DNA of 64,000 nucleotides from an uncultured virus (IMG/VR IMGVR_UViG_3300037067_026316) (lineage: Duplodnaviria; Heunggongvirae; Uroviricota; Caudoviricetes): the IMG/VR virus record IMGVR_UViG_3300037067_026316. One strand, written 5' to 3'. The notes under the pieces are model-generated. The model was not told the origin of the DNA, made no database searches, and worked only from the letters and a program-made list of their open reading frames with translations. Shown one piece after another: positions 17,837 through 28,325 of the stretch; position 1 is the first letter of the stretch; every line of letters begins with the position of its first letter. Made by a program: the position numbers and the translations under genes.

Positions 17837-18826
17837 ATGAAACGACATGGGAATCTATTTGAAAAAATAGTTGATTTAGATAATATCTATTTAGCTTATA
17901 AGCTTGCTAGAAAAGGTAAAACATGGCAAGATACTATAATTAGATTTGATGATGATTTAGATGAAAATATTTTTAATATTCGTGATATTCTTGTTGAAAA
18001 AACTTTTACTACTTCAAAATATATAGAAAAAGTAATTTATGAACCAAAGCAAAGAATTATTTATAAATTACCTTTTAATCCTGATCGTATAGTTCAACAT
18101 GCATTGATGAATGTACTTGAACCTATTTGGGATAATATTTTTATTTATGATTCTTATTCCTGTCGAAAAGGGAAAGGTATTCACGCTGGTAGTAGAAGAA
18201 CTATGGAGTTTATTCGTGCTGTAGGATCAGAGGCATATTGTTTAAAAATGGATATTAGGAAGTTTTACCCTTCAATAGATCAAAATATATTGTTTGATAT
18301 AGTACAGCAGAAGATTAAATGCAAAGATACACTTTGGCTTTTAGAAGATATTATTTATAGTATTTCTGGAGGAAAAAATATACCTATTGGCAATTATACT
18401 AGTCAATGGCTGGGTAATCTTTATATGAATGAACTAGATCAATTATTAAAGCATAAATATAAGATTAAATATTATATTAGATATTGTGATGATTTTATAT
18501 TATTACATCAAGATAAGAAGTTGTTAAAAAATATAGCTGAAGAAGTTGAAGAATTTCTTGCAGAAAAATTATTATTAAAATTAAGTAAAAATAATATATT
18601 CCCAATAAATCAAGGTATAGATTTTTTAGGGTACAGACATTTTCCAGGCTATATATTAGTAAGAAAATCTACTGCTAAACGAATTAAAAAAAGAATGTAT
18701 AAACTTCCTGGTATGCTTAAGCGTGGTGAAATTTCTTTAAGTCAGTATAAATCATCTATTGCATCTACTAAAGGTTGGCTTATGTGGTCTAATAGTTATA
18801 ATTTCCAAAAATATTTAGGAGTATGA
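17837..18826 (+). CDS. DGR reverse transcriptase
   Basis: DRIVQHA, LKMDIRKFYPSI, IPIGNYTSQ (DGR-type SQ motif), YIRYCDDF, GIDFLGY. Confidence 0.97.
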   Translation: MKRHGNLFEKIVDLDNIYLAYKLARKGKTWQDTIIRFDDDLDENIFNIRDILVEKTFTTSKYIEKVIYEPKQRIIYKLPFNPDRIVQHALMNVLEPIWDNIFIYDSYSCRKGKGIHAGSRRTMEFIRAVGSEAYCLKMDIRKFYPSIDQNILFDIVQQKIKCKDTLWLLEDIIYSISGGKNIPIGNYTSQWLGNLYMNELDQLLKHKYKIKYYIRYCDDFILLHQDKKLLKNIAEEVEEFLAEKLLLKLSKNNIFPINQGIDFLGYRHFPGYILVRKSTAKRIKKRMYKLPGMLKRGEISLSQYKSSIASTKGWLMWSNSYNFQKYLGV

Positions 18827-19104
18827 AAAGTATGATAGGATATCCAAAGAATCTAAATTTGACGAAAGTAGATTATGAGAATTTACTTTCTATACCGGAA
18901 TATGCAAAGAAAGCAGCTGAAGATTTAGCGAAATTAGCTGAAATAGACGACAGTAAGATTACTGTCTGTGAGGGAACAACACAAGAGAGCCTAAGTTTCA
19001 AGCAAATAGACAATCCTCTTCCAACTTGGAAAAAAGCAGGTTTTAAAAGTAAAGAGGAAATGCTAACTATTGCAAAAGTAGAATTAAAACTAACTGAATT
19101 ATAG
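18823..19104 (+). CDS. Small hypothetical protein coupled to RT (possible DGR accessory or fibre chaperone)
   Basis: ATGA overlap with RT stop; GYPKNL..KVDYE start; no recognisable Avd motif. Confidence 0.6.
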   Translation: MKSMIGYPKNLNLTKVDYENLLSIPEYAKKAAEDLAKLAEIDDSKITVCEGTTQESLSFKQIDNPLPTWKKAGFKSKEEMLTIAKVELKLTEL

Positions 19105-19289
19105 TAAAATTATTAAGGAGAAGATTAGTATAATCTATTTTTTTCTTATTAATATTTATTAGTATATATTTTTTATTCTATAATATTGTGATATACTGTA
19201 AAAAATGAAATAAATTACAGTAATCAAAAAAGCAATATACTAATAAGTTTTTTCTTATACTTAGAGTTCTTTAAAATAGAAGAGGAATT

Positions 19290-19730
19290 GTGATGGCGGA
19301 AGACCTATTAAAAGGATTAAAAAAAGCTACTGATATAATTCATCAGGAAGCTATACGATTAGTTCAACAGGGATCTATACCTCCTCCTCTATCGAAAAAA
19401 ACTATTAAAAATAAGGGCTCTAGTAAAACTCTAATTGACGATGGATGGTTGCTCGGTGCTCTTGAAGAAGGAGTTAAGATTTCTGAGGATGGAGAAAAAC
19501 TATCATCCGAAGTAGGTATTTTTGATCCTGCTATTGCTAAATATGCTGCGGTTCATGAATATGGTTATCCTCCGGTTGATGAATCTGATTTAACTGGATA
19601 TGCCGGTCAAAGAATACCTACTAGATCCTTTCTTAGAAGAGCCTGGGATAACAAAATAAACGAAGCTGAAGCTGCTCTTGGGGCATCTGTTCAAGAGCAT
19701 ATGACTTTAGTTTTTAGAGGAAGAAGGTGA
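19290..19730 (+). CDS. Neck/virion morphogenesis protein (Mu gpG/HK97 gp10-like)
   Basis: PPLSKKTIKNKGSSKTLID, YAAVHEYG and IPTRSFLR motifs. Confidence 0.85.
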   Translation: MMAEDLLKGLKKATDIIHQEAIRLVQQGSIPPPLSKKTIKNKGSSKTLIDDGWLLGALEEGVKISEDGEKLSSEVGIFDPAIAKYAAVHEYGYPPVDESDLTGYAGQRIPTRSFLRRAWDNKINEAEAALGASVQEHMTLVFRGRR

Positions 19731-19737
19731 TTAGAAA

Positions 19738-20313
19738 ATGGCTGCAACGGTAAACGTTGAAGAAGGCAATGGGGCTAGTCCTACATGGACTGTTATTACA
19801 ACGGGAAGGTATTGCACAACTGATGCATACAATCCTGGTGATAACTATCCTTGTGTGGTCCCTGCTGCTGGATTAAATTACTCTTACTGGAAGAGTCATA
19901 GAATTGCATGGACGGGAATCGGAACTCAAATATCCAATATCAGATGGTATGGACCTGGAAATATAGCTAGTACTTGGGGTCTTGGAACTCTTGGTATACT
20001 TTCTATTGGTGTCCGGGATACAGGAGATAATGGGTGTCCTACTGCTAATTATCAGCAGGCTACAGGTACTCAGGGTACGACTGGAAACAAGATTAAGGTT
20101 GCATCTGTAGGTCATGCCTATTATCTAGGCCAAACTGCTGATCCTGCAGATGCAGATGATTATACATCTGGTGCTAGCCTTCTTGTAGATTCAACAGTCT
20201 ACACTACAAATACAGCTTCTAAGCATGTAGTAACACAAGCTATCATTGATACTGATGCAACTCAGGGTGACAAGTCAAACGTCACTTTGACATTTCAGTA
20301 TGATGAAATTTGA
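19738..20313 (+). CDS. Virion structural protein
   Basis: Thr/Gly-rich; ends LTFQYDEI; within the morphogenesis module. Confidence 0.6.
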   Translation: MAATVNVEEGNGASPTWTVITTGRYCTTDAYNPGDNYPCVVPAAGLNYSYWKSHRIAWTGIGTQISNIRWYGPGNIASTWGLGTLGILSIGVRDTGDNGCPTANYQQATGTQGTTGNKIKVASVGHAYYLGQTADPADADDYTSGASLLVDSTVYTTNTASKHVVTQAIIDTDATQGDKSNVTLTFQYDEI

Positions 20314-20315
20314 CG

Positions 20316-20355
20316 TATTAAAACAGGAAACCTTGTGAGGCTTCCTGTTTTAATA
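20316..20355. terminator. 14-bp perfect inverted repeat after the stop codon
   Basis: TATTAAAACAGGAA / TTCCTGTTTTAATA with inner CCT-TGTG-AGG. Confidence 0.65.
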
Positions 20356-20542
20356 TATTAAATAAGTGACTATGTACTAAACTATGTACTAAAATAGATA
20401 TTTTCTAAAGGGATGATATTTATGTAGGGTGCTTTAAAACAGAAGAGGAAGCTGTAAATGCCCAAAAGTTTAAAGCCAAAGAAATAGGATTAGATTGTAG
20501 TTTAATTAAAAGTCGTATAAAGAGGAAGGAGAGGTAATTTCA

Positions 20543-21202
20543 ATGAGGCAGGAAATTATATTAGATCCTAGGACAAGTGGAGAAGGTCCGGCACCTATTA
20601 ATTTTTTTTGGGGGCTGGAAGACCAGGATGGAAATGTAATAGTACAGTATGATTTAGAGAGTGGAGAAGAGAATAAGATACCTACTGCTAATTTTGCAGC
20701 ATGGAATTCGTTTGTATGGGTTCCTTTTAGGGGTCCGGAATGGATAGAAAATATTAATGCTCTGCAGGATAAGCTTGATTCTCCATCTTATGTAGAGGCA
20801 TCTCAGATGCCAATGGTGCAAGTTATACCAAAAAAGGGTGAATTTTCAAGAATAACAAGAAGAGGGTTTGTAGATTACTTTGATTATTATGAATGTAGTG
20901 CATGCGGAACTACCTTCAAATGGGTAGAAGAAGATGATGATAGAATCGCTGTATGCCCTAATTGTGGGATGCATAATATTTGGATTTGTGATATACATGG
21001 TGAAATGAATCCAATTCATATGGCAAATGGAGAACATAGATGCCCTGAATGTGAAAAGACGGGCATACCTAGGGGATGTACGAGAGTAAAGAATTTAATT
21101 TCAAAGGAAGGTCTGCAGAAAAGAATCCATTATATAGGTATAGTGGATAATAAATTCGAAGTAGAGATAGGGGACGATAGAATAATTATTAGATCGCTAT
21201 AG
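20543..21202 (+). CDS. Zinc-finger protein
   Basis: CSAC, CPNC, CDIH and CPEC motifs. Confidence 0.7.
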   Translation: MRQEIILDPRTSGEGPAPINFFWGLEDQDGNVIVQYDLESGEENKIPTANFAAWNSFVWVPFRGPEWIENINALQDKLDSPSYVEASQMPMVQVIPKKGEFSRITRRGFVDYFDYYECSACGTTFKWVEEDDDRIAVCPNCGMHNIWICDIHGEMNPIHMANGEHRCPECEKTGIPRGCTRVKNLISKEGLQKRIHYIGIVDNKFEVEIGDDRIIIRSL

Positions 21203-21215
21203 AAGAGATTTATAT

Positions 21216-24200
21216 ATGGCTGCTACTAAACTTTATGCGTTTTGGGAATTGTCGGGAAACCCGCCTTCTCCCTGGTATAAAGTTTTAACTTATAATGATA
21301 GATTTCCACGTAGTACTAGTAATACGAGTAGCGCTTTAGGTACAGGTGGAAATAACACTCATTTGCATAGCTTGAATAGTGGTCATACTATATCTACTAC
21401 TAACGATTTAACTAATATTGCATTTACGCCAGGAACTTCAGTTTTACAAAGTTATGGAGTAGGTCATAATCATAGTATAGGTACTGTAGCAATTGCTGCT
21501 GCATCTAATAATCCATCATATTATACTTTATCGCTAATTGCAATAGATCTTTATGAGTTCGTAAATTCGCAAAGAAAGCTTCCTAAGGGAGCGGTTGTTG
21601 CATCTACTGCATCTATTTCAGATGCAGGGTTTAGTAGAATTAGTTCTGCAGATGGGAAATTGATAAAGTTATCAGATGTTCCGGGAAGTAGCTATGATAA
21701 TACAACTCATGTTCATAGCTTTACAGGATCTCTTTCGTATTATCAAAGTAGTGCAGGTCAAACAATAGCTGCTGTAGCTGCTATTCTTTATGGTCCTATT
21801 GGAGATACTCATACTCATGGAGTTTCATCTCTCTCTACAACGAGTGAATCTATAATGCCTTCCAGAATTCAGACAAGGCTTTATGGAATTACTGCAGATC
21901 CTTATACTTCTTCAGTACCAATAAATACTGTTTTATTTGTTGATGGGTCTATAACAGGTTATACAAATTACTTTGAGACTATAGCTACATGGAATGATAG
22001 ATTTATTGAATCAGCAGATAGCGATCCTACTCAAATAGGTTCTGACATACATAATCATGGAAGTTCTACTTCCGGAGCTTCTGATATTAGCGATAAATCT
22101 TGGGGTAGCGGGAAAATCTATGGTAGTAGTAGAGCTATATCACGGAATCATACTCATGATCTTGTAATTTATATTGATTCTACTGATGTAGATCATAAAC
22201 CACCATATGTTTATCTTGCGGCGGTTAGGGTAAAAGCTAGTATTTTGTCTCAACAAACTAAAACTAAAACCTATAGTATGAAGACTATCCTCCAGAAGAA
22301 GGATTCTCCTAGAAGTTATGGTATGGATATTAGGCTTTTTAGACCTGGTAGTAAATACTATAATATGGGTATATTTATGCAAAAAGGAGGCCTTACAAAG
22401 ACTATTAATATGGATATTAAGCTCCTTCTACAAGGTTTTAAGAGTTATGATACTGATATAGTTCTTAAAAGAAATGATATGTCTATCAGTTATAGAATGG
22501 ACATGGCTCCTTTATTTTTAAAAGGTAGAAAATACGAGATGGGGATTAGGTTAGTTAATATTGCAGCTATTCCTCGATATTCAGTTATTAATACGTTGCA
22601 AGATTCTTATATTGGTCAATATAATAAATTTTTACAAACTGTTGAAGCTTCGAAGGTAAGTTTAAAAATTGAAAGCGCTGCAGGATATGATTTAGAGCGA
22701 AGATGGGGAAGAGCTTTTGATCTTCCTAGAGATCCTGGGGAAACAGACACTCAGTATAGATCTCGATTAATGTCTTATATGTCTTCGGTGGTAGGTTGTG
22801 GAACCAAGTCAGCAATTAAAGCTGCTCTTAATGTTGCAACTGGAGGCCAAAAGGCTAGAGTTGATTCTTATCCTGGTTTAATTAGAGTTAACTTTGATTC
22901 TGATTTTCAAAGAAGAGCTGCTTTTGAGAGACGAACAACTATAGAAAAGATTTTAAATTTTTCTGTAGCTGCAGGGATACAATGGATTTTATATCTGCCA
23001 TTTAAAGATTATCGTATGAATATTCTTCTTAGAAAAGAGAGGTTAGATAAGAATTATAATATTGATATGCTTTTGGAAAGGAAAGGTATATCAATCTCGT
23101 ATGCTATGGATTTAATAATCTGTAGCGTTCGTGATAAATCTTATACAATGGATACGCTGCTTGAAAAAACATGCAGCAAAAATTATAGTATGTTCATGGG
23201 GCTGAAGCGTATAGGCTTAAACCCTTATGAGATGGATACAAGGCTTCTAAAGAAATCTATTACAGTGTCTCATATTATGGACTTAAGATTAATGAAAATC
23301 TGTAGCAAAATCTATTATATGAAAATGATACTGGAGAAGTTCAATATTGAGAAAAAGTATGTAATGGATATGAGGCTTACTAAGACTGATTATAAACTTT
23401 ATAAAATGGCTATGATATTGAAGAAGAAATTTAATGTATCTTATTCAATGGATTTACTGTTGGCTCTTAGCAGGAAGAAATCTTATGTTATGGATATTTT
23501 CCTAGTTAATAGGATTCATAAAATTTATACAACGGATCTGCTTGTTAAGAAGTTAGGAGATGATGCAAAAGAGAGTATTGCAGCAAAGATTGTTGAAGGG
23601 GCTTCACAATCTTCATTAGCTACATCCTTAGGCGGTAAGATATGGATAAAACCGCAAGAAGATATAGTACTTCCTGAGATGGTTTATGGAAGTTATAAAG
23701 ATGTTAATGGATTAAATCAATACTTTAGCGCTGATATTCCAGCGAATACAAAGGCGTATTCCAGCATAAAAGCGAATTTATGTAACTATATTTCAGTAGG
23801 GACATTACCTTTTATAATCTATCAAGGGGAGATAGAAGGGGAAACATTAGCTACAGAGATAACTGATGTAGATTATACAGGGCTAAATGGATTAACTAAT
23901 TATGATGTATTAATTAGAGATGGATTAATCTCAGATTACACTATGGATATCCTACTTGCTAATGAAAGAACAATGACTATAGATGTAAATATAATGCTAA
24001 ATAAATCCGTTACAAAATCTTATTATGTAGATATATTACTTAAGAAAGTATTCTTTACAGATTATAATATGGGTATGAGATTAAAAACTGTAAGGAGTAA
24101 ATCTTATCTGATGGATTTATATCTTATGAAAAAGGCTAGGATCAAGACTTATACAATAGATTTGATGTTAAAGAAAGCTTGTTTAAAGATCTATTTCATG

Positions 24201-24826
24201 GGCATTCTTACGAAAAAGGCTAGGACTAAGACTTATACAATAGATTTGATGTTAAAGAAAGCTTGTCTAAAGATCTATTTCATGGGCATTCTTACGAAGA
24301 AGGCTAGAACTAAGACTTATACAATGGATTTGATGTTAAAGAAAGTTTATCCAAAAATTTACTTTATAGATATTCTTATAAAAAAGGCTAGAACTAAGAC
24401 TTATACAACGGATCTGCTTGTTAAGAAGTTAGGAGATGATGCAAAAGAGAGTATTGCAGCAAAGATTGTTGAAGGGGCTTCGCAATCTTCATTAGCTACA
24501 TCCTTAGGCGGTAAGATATGGATAAAACCGCAAGAAGATATAGTACTTCCTGAGATGGTTTATGGAAGTTATAAAGATGTTAATGGATTAAATCAATACT
24601 TTAGCGCTGATATTCCAGCGAATACAAAGGCGTATTCCAGCATAAAAGCGAATTTATGTAACTATATTTCAGTAGGGACATTACCTTTTATAATCTATCA
24701 AGGGGAGATAGAAGGGGAAACATTAGCTACAGAGATAACTGATGTAGATTATACAGGGCTAAATGGATTAACTAATTATGATGTATTAATTAGAGATGGA
24801 TTAATCTCAGATTACACTATGGATAT
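21216..24826 (+). CDS. Giant fibre/baseplate protein, 5' part (interrupted by assembly gap)
   Basis: HxH fibre domain paralogous to 12915; gpI-like segment DLERRWGRAFDLPRDPGETDTQYRSRL; KxYxMD repeats; duplicated ~140-aa domain. Confidence 0.75.
23525..24826 (+). repeat. Near-identical direct repeat of at least 426 bp (23525-23950 and 24401-24826), plus 84-bp tandem units at ~24131-24400
   Basis: Offset 876 nt; only one difference seen by eye (GCTTCAC vs GCTTCGC); the 3' end of the repeat recurs after the gap (24927-25053). Confidence 0.9.
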
Positions 24827-24926
24827 NNNNNNNNNNNNNNNNNNNNNNNNNNNNNNNNNNNNNNNNNNNNNNNNNNNNNNNNNNNNNNNNNNNNNNNNNN
24901 NNNNNNNNNNNNNNNNNNNNNNNNNN
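24827..24926. other. Assembly gap (100 N)
   Basis: Run of N flanked by repeat sequence. Confidence 1.
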
Positions 24927-25591
24927 AAGGGGAGATAGAAGGGGAAACATTAGCTACAGAGATAACTGATGTAGATTATACAGGGCTAAATGGATTAACT
25001 AATTATGATGTATTAATTAGAGATGGATTAATCTCAGATTACACTATGGATATTTTGATAGGATCTGAGTTATTTAAAGTCTATACTATGGATCTACAAC
25101 TTAGGAAGGCTATCTTAAAGACTTACCAAGTTGATACTCTCTTACAGGGACAACGTATAAAATCGCTTTTTATGGATATCTTCTTGGCAAAAAGAATAAA
25201 TAAGTCTTATGCAATGGATATCTATCTTAAGAATGTTAATTTTAAGTCTTGCACTATGGATTTGCAACTTAGGAAGACTGTCTTAAAGATTTATGCAGTT
25301 GATCTACTTATTCGTAAGAAAGAAATCTTGAAAACTTATAATATGAGTTTAAAGATTAGAACTTTATGGAATAGGAAGATCTATGTTATGGATATATTCC
25401 TGATGAAGCGGATAAGTAGATCCTATGTGATGGATATCTATCTTATGCAGAAAGATCGAATTAGAGCTTATACTATGAGTTTAGTAGTACAAAAGGAGCA
25501 TGTTAAATATTTTAGTATGGACACTCTTATAGAAGAGCGTAAGATAACTCCTTATGGAATGGGAATCATATTGGAGGCTGCAGCTCCATGA
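24927..25591 (+). CDS. 3' continuation of the 21216 fibre/baseplate gene (ORF track 25046-25591)
   Basis: Post-gap sequence repeats the duplicated domain and runs in frame into MDILIG...; same KxYxMD repeats. Confidence 0.7.
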
Positions 25592-27102
25592 GTGTTATTC
25601 TTATATCAGTCTTAGGACCTCCTAGGTTGATATGTGGAACCAATAATGTAGAAGATATAAATCCTTATGATTGGTGGAATACCACAACTCCTCTAGAATA
25701 TCCTGGTTATATCTGCAACAGAATAAAGCATCTTAATGGCGATACATTCTTAGCAATAGTACATGATGCATCATCTACAGGATATGTTTTAATTACTCAT
25801 GATCAAGGACATAACTGGAGTGTTGCATACAGATTTTATTCTGATCAACCTATTACCTTAGAAGTAGGGAATGGATATGCATTTATTTCTGGTGGATCAG
25901 GGATCTATAGATCTATTGATGGATATAATTGGACCTTACTACCGGGAAGTCCGGGTAGCACGCAAAACTTTGTTATCTTCCCTGGGGGCTATATTATGGC
26001 TCACAAGGGTGATAAGCTTTACAGAAGCTATAATAATGGAGATAACTGGCAACAGATATATAGCCCTACTAGAGGGTCTCCTATTCCCTGGTTCGATACA
26101 TTAGCTGCTTCAGGGAGTCCTTCCTTTGCTATTTCAGGCAAACATCATAATTATGTTATAGCTTCTTTAGGAGCTTCTTTATGGTTATCAATAAACTTTG
26201 GCAACTCATGGACTAAAATAATTGAATGGTCTACCTGGTTTATACCTAGGGAGCTTCATTTTACAAGAGGAAATACTTTTATCCTGAAGATAAGGAAAAT
26301 TGGAGGAGACGAAGTAAATAGTATTATGGTAAGTCAGGATAATTGTCATTCGTTTGTTGAAAAATTTAATCAAGATGTAACATGGGAGCATCAGATAGAA
26401 TATATTGCTCCATTAGATTTAATCCTTGTAGGGCATACTCATTATATGGACCCCTATCCTCCCGAGACATGGTTGGATAGATTTACTCCAGCTTTAATGT
26501 ATTCTAAGAATAATGGAATTTCTTTTACAGAAGTAGTAAGTCCTACTTTTGGTAAGACATTTTCTATTATAGCTATATGCGGATGGGTTCACGAACCATC
26601 TACTTACGAGATGGATATTATTCTTAAAAAGCAGCGTGCTAAGAATTTAGATATGGGTATCCGTCTTAAGAAAATACCTTCTAAGGCTTTTACAATGGAT
26701 ATCCAAGTGCGAAGGCTTAGAACTAATACATTAGATATGGATATGTTGTTAAAAAAGACTATGGTAAAGAACTATAAACCAAATATAAGAATTGAAAAAA
26801 GAGATATAGAAGTTCCATATTCCTTAGATCTTCTGATAGCTGAGAGGAAAGAAAAAACTTATAGTATGAGTTCTATCTTTAAGAAGATAGAACATTCTTA
26901 TTATCGTATGTCTTGCTTGAAAAGAAAAACTGTTTCACAAGGCTATGGTATGGGGATTACATTAGTGGGCGATTATACATTGCCTCTAAAAAGAGATGTA
27001 ATGCTAGCTTTCCCACAGCCATTTGCTTTAGAGATAACAAATATTAATTATGTGTTAAGGCAGGATATAACAAAGCAAAGGATAGATGAGCATGGCTACT
27101 AA
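25588..27102 (+). CDS. Asp-box/BNR beta-propeller protein with C-terminal KxYxMD repeats (candidate receptor-binding protein)
   Basis: Repeated SxDxGxxW-type boxes: THDQGHNW, SIDGYNW, SYNNGDNW, SINFGNSW, SKNNGISF. Confidence 0.75.
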   Translation: MSVILISVLGPPRLICGTNNVEDINPYDWWNTTTPLEYPGYICNRIKHLNGDTFLAIVHDASSTGYVLITHDQGHNWSVAYRFYSDQPITLEVGNGYAFISGGSGIYRSIDGYNWTLLPGSPGSTQNFVIFPGGYIMAHKGDKLYRSYNNGDNWQQIYSPTRGSPIPWFDTLAASGSPSFAISGKHHNYVIASLGASLWLSINFGNSWTKIIEWSTWFIPRELHFTRGNTFILKIRKIGGDEVNSIMVSQDNCHSFVEKFNQDVTWEHQIEYIAPLDLILVGHTHYMDPYPPETWLDRFTPALMYSKNNGISFTEVVSPTFGKTFSIIAICGWVHEPSTYEMDIILKKQRAKNLDMGIRLKKIPSKAFTMDIQVRRLRTNTLDMDMLLKKTMVKNYKPNIRIEKRDIEVPYSLDLLIAERKEKTYSMSSIFKKIEHSYYRMSCLKRKTVSQGYGMGITLVGDYTLPLKRDVMLAFPQPFALEITNINYVLRQDITKQRIDEHGY

Positions 27103-27547
27103 GACATATACCTATGGAATGGGCATTAGGCTTATTCTTGGACCAACTTCAGGAATTAGAGTTAGCCAAGTAAGAAGTGTTATAAATATATTTAAAACTT
27201 CAGAATTAGTGGATGATGTAATTCTTATTGCGATTCAACAGGCGGATGCTCTCATAGATGCTAAAGGTTCTCCTTCTGCTCCTGCAGGATTAATATGGTT
27301 GGCTAAACTTAGACTATCGGCATATTATGCTTATCTGTCATATTCAGATAGGATTTTCAATGAAGTACCAGGTTCTCATAGTAGAACTGGAGAATGGAAT
27401 CCTATAGGACAAGCAATATGGAGAGAGACAAGAGAAAAATTAGCTGCAATGGAAAGGACAGCAACAAAGGCCTTAAAGGAAATAGGAATAGATCAAGATG
27501 AGATAGGAAAAGCATATACAGTGCCTGTATTTGGGACAATTAGGTGA
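27086..27547 (+). CDS. Putative head-tail adaptor
   Basis: Helical pattern (AIQQADALID...LSAYYAY); position before tail genes. Confidence 0.55.
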   Translation: MSMATKTYTYGMGIRLILGPTSGIRVSQVRSVINIFKTSELVDDVILIAIQQADALIDAKGSPSAPAGLIWLAKLRLSAYYAYLSYSDRIFNEVPGSHSRTGEWNPIGQAIWRETREKLAAMERTATKALKEIGIDQDEIGKAYTVPVFGTIR

Positions 27548-27553
27548 ATTTAA

Positions 27554-28162
27554 ATGCTATCCCGTTGGCAAAGGAACTACATATTTGAGGCGATTCCAAC
27601 AGAGTTAGCTGGATTTAACGTTGTTAAAAATAGGGATGGTGAAATACAAGCTGAGTCTGCATTTCCTAAGATGATAGTATCTGTGATTTCCGAAGGGGTA
27701 AGAGTTCATTTTTACAAAGATAGGATTAGATATCAGAAAAGATTAGTAGGTGGTGACAAACAAGCTGATTATTGGTATGGACAGATAGATAGAGCTTCAT
27801 TTTCCATTGCTCTTGAAGCCTATGATAAAGATGATTTGGGCGATATAGGCAGAGATTTGTATCTTTATCTTTGGAGTAAAGAACTTGGACTTTCTTGGTA
27901 TTCATCTGAAGTTCCAAGAATGAGATTATCTAAAATTTTCGAACCTGTTTATCTACCTGAGATTTATGATCAAAGAACAGGGAAAAATATATCTCGTTTG
28001 ATTATTGATTTTTGGGTAGAATATGAGTTCTCTTGGATGGAAACTAATCCTCTCATAAGAAGATTTAATTACTTGCTGATCAAAGATGAGTTAGCAAGAG
28101 TGAATGTGGAGACATATGCAAAAAACTCATATGGTATGTCTTTGAAAATTGTAAAATTGTGA
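27554..28162 (+). CDS. Putative tail completion/terminator protein
   Basis: Position before sheath; FPKMIVS pattern. Confidence 0.5.
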   Translation: MLSRWQRNYIFEAIPTELAGFNVVKNRDGEIQAESAFPKMIVSVISEGVRVHFYKDRIRYQKRLVGGDKQADYWYGQIDRASFSIALEAYDKDDLGDIGRDLYLYLWSKELGLSWYSSEVPRMRLSKIFEPVYLPEIYDQRTGKNISRLIIDFWVEYEFSWMETNPLIRRFNYLLIKDELARVNVETYAKNSYGMSLKIVKL

Positions 28163-28173
28163 GGTAGTTAGCT

Positions 28174-28314
28174 ATGATTGTAAGAGGTAGGATAAGAGAT
28201 TTAGTTTACAGGGAGCAATTATCTCCTGAAGAAGCTGATAAGCTCTATCTTACGGGATTAAATCCTAAGTCGATTTATTCCCTAGAGATAAAGAATAAAG
28301 ATTTAGAAGGCTAG
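28174..28314 (+). CDS. Small hypothetical protein (46 aa)
   Basis: Hand-translated MIVRGRIRDLVYREQLSPEEA...; GAGGT RBS; fills the gap before the sheath gene. Confidence 0.5.
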   Translation: MIVRGRIRDLVYREQLSPEEADKLYLTGLNPKSIYSLEIKNKDLEG

Positions 28315-28325
28315 GGGGAAAAATT

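Noticed and set aside
17837..18826. Group II intron or retron reverse transcriptase
   Set aside because: The SQ motif, short length and adjacent TR/VR pair identify it as a DGR RT.
24927..24938. Stop codon ending the 21216 ORF at 24938
   Set aside because: This is an artefact of the arbitrary 100-N gap length; the post-gap sequence continues the protein in another frame.
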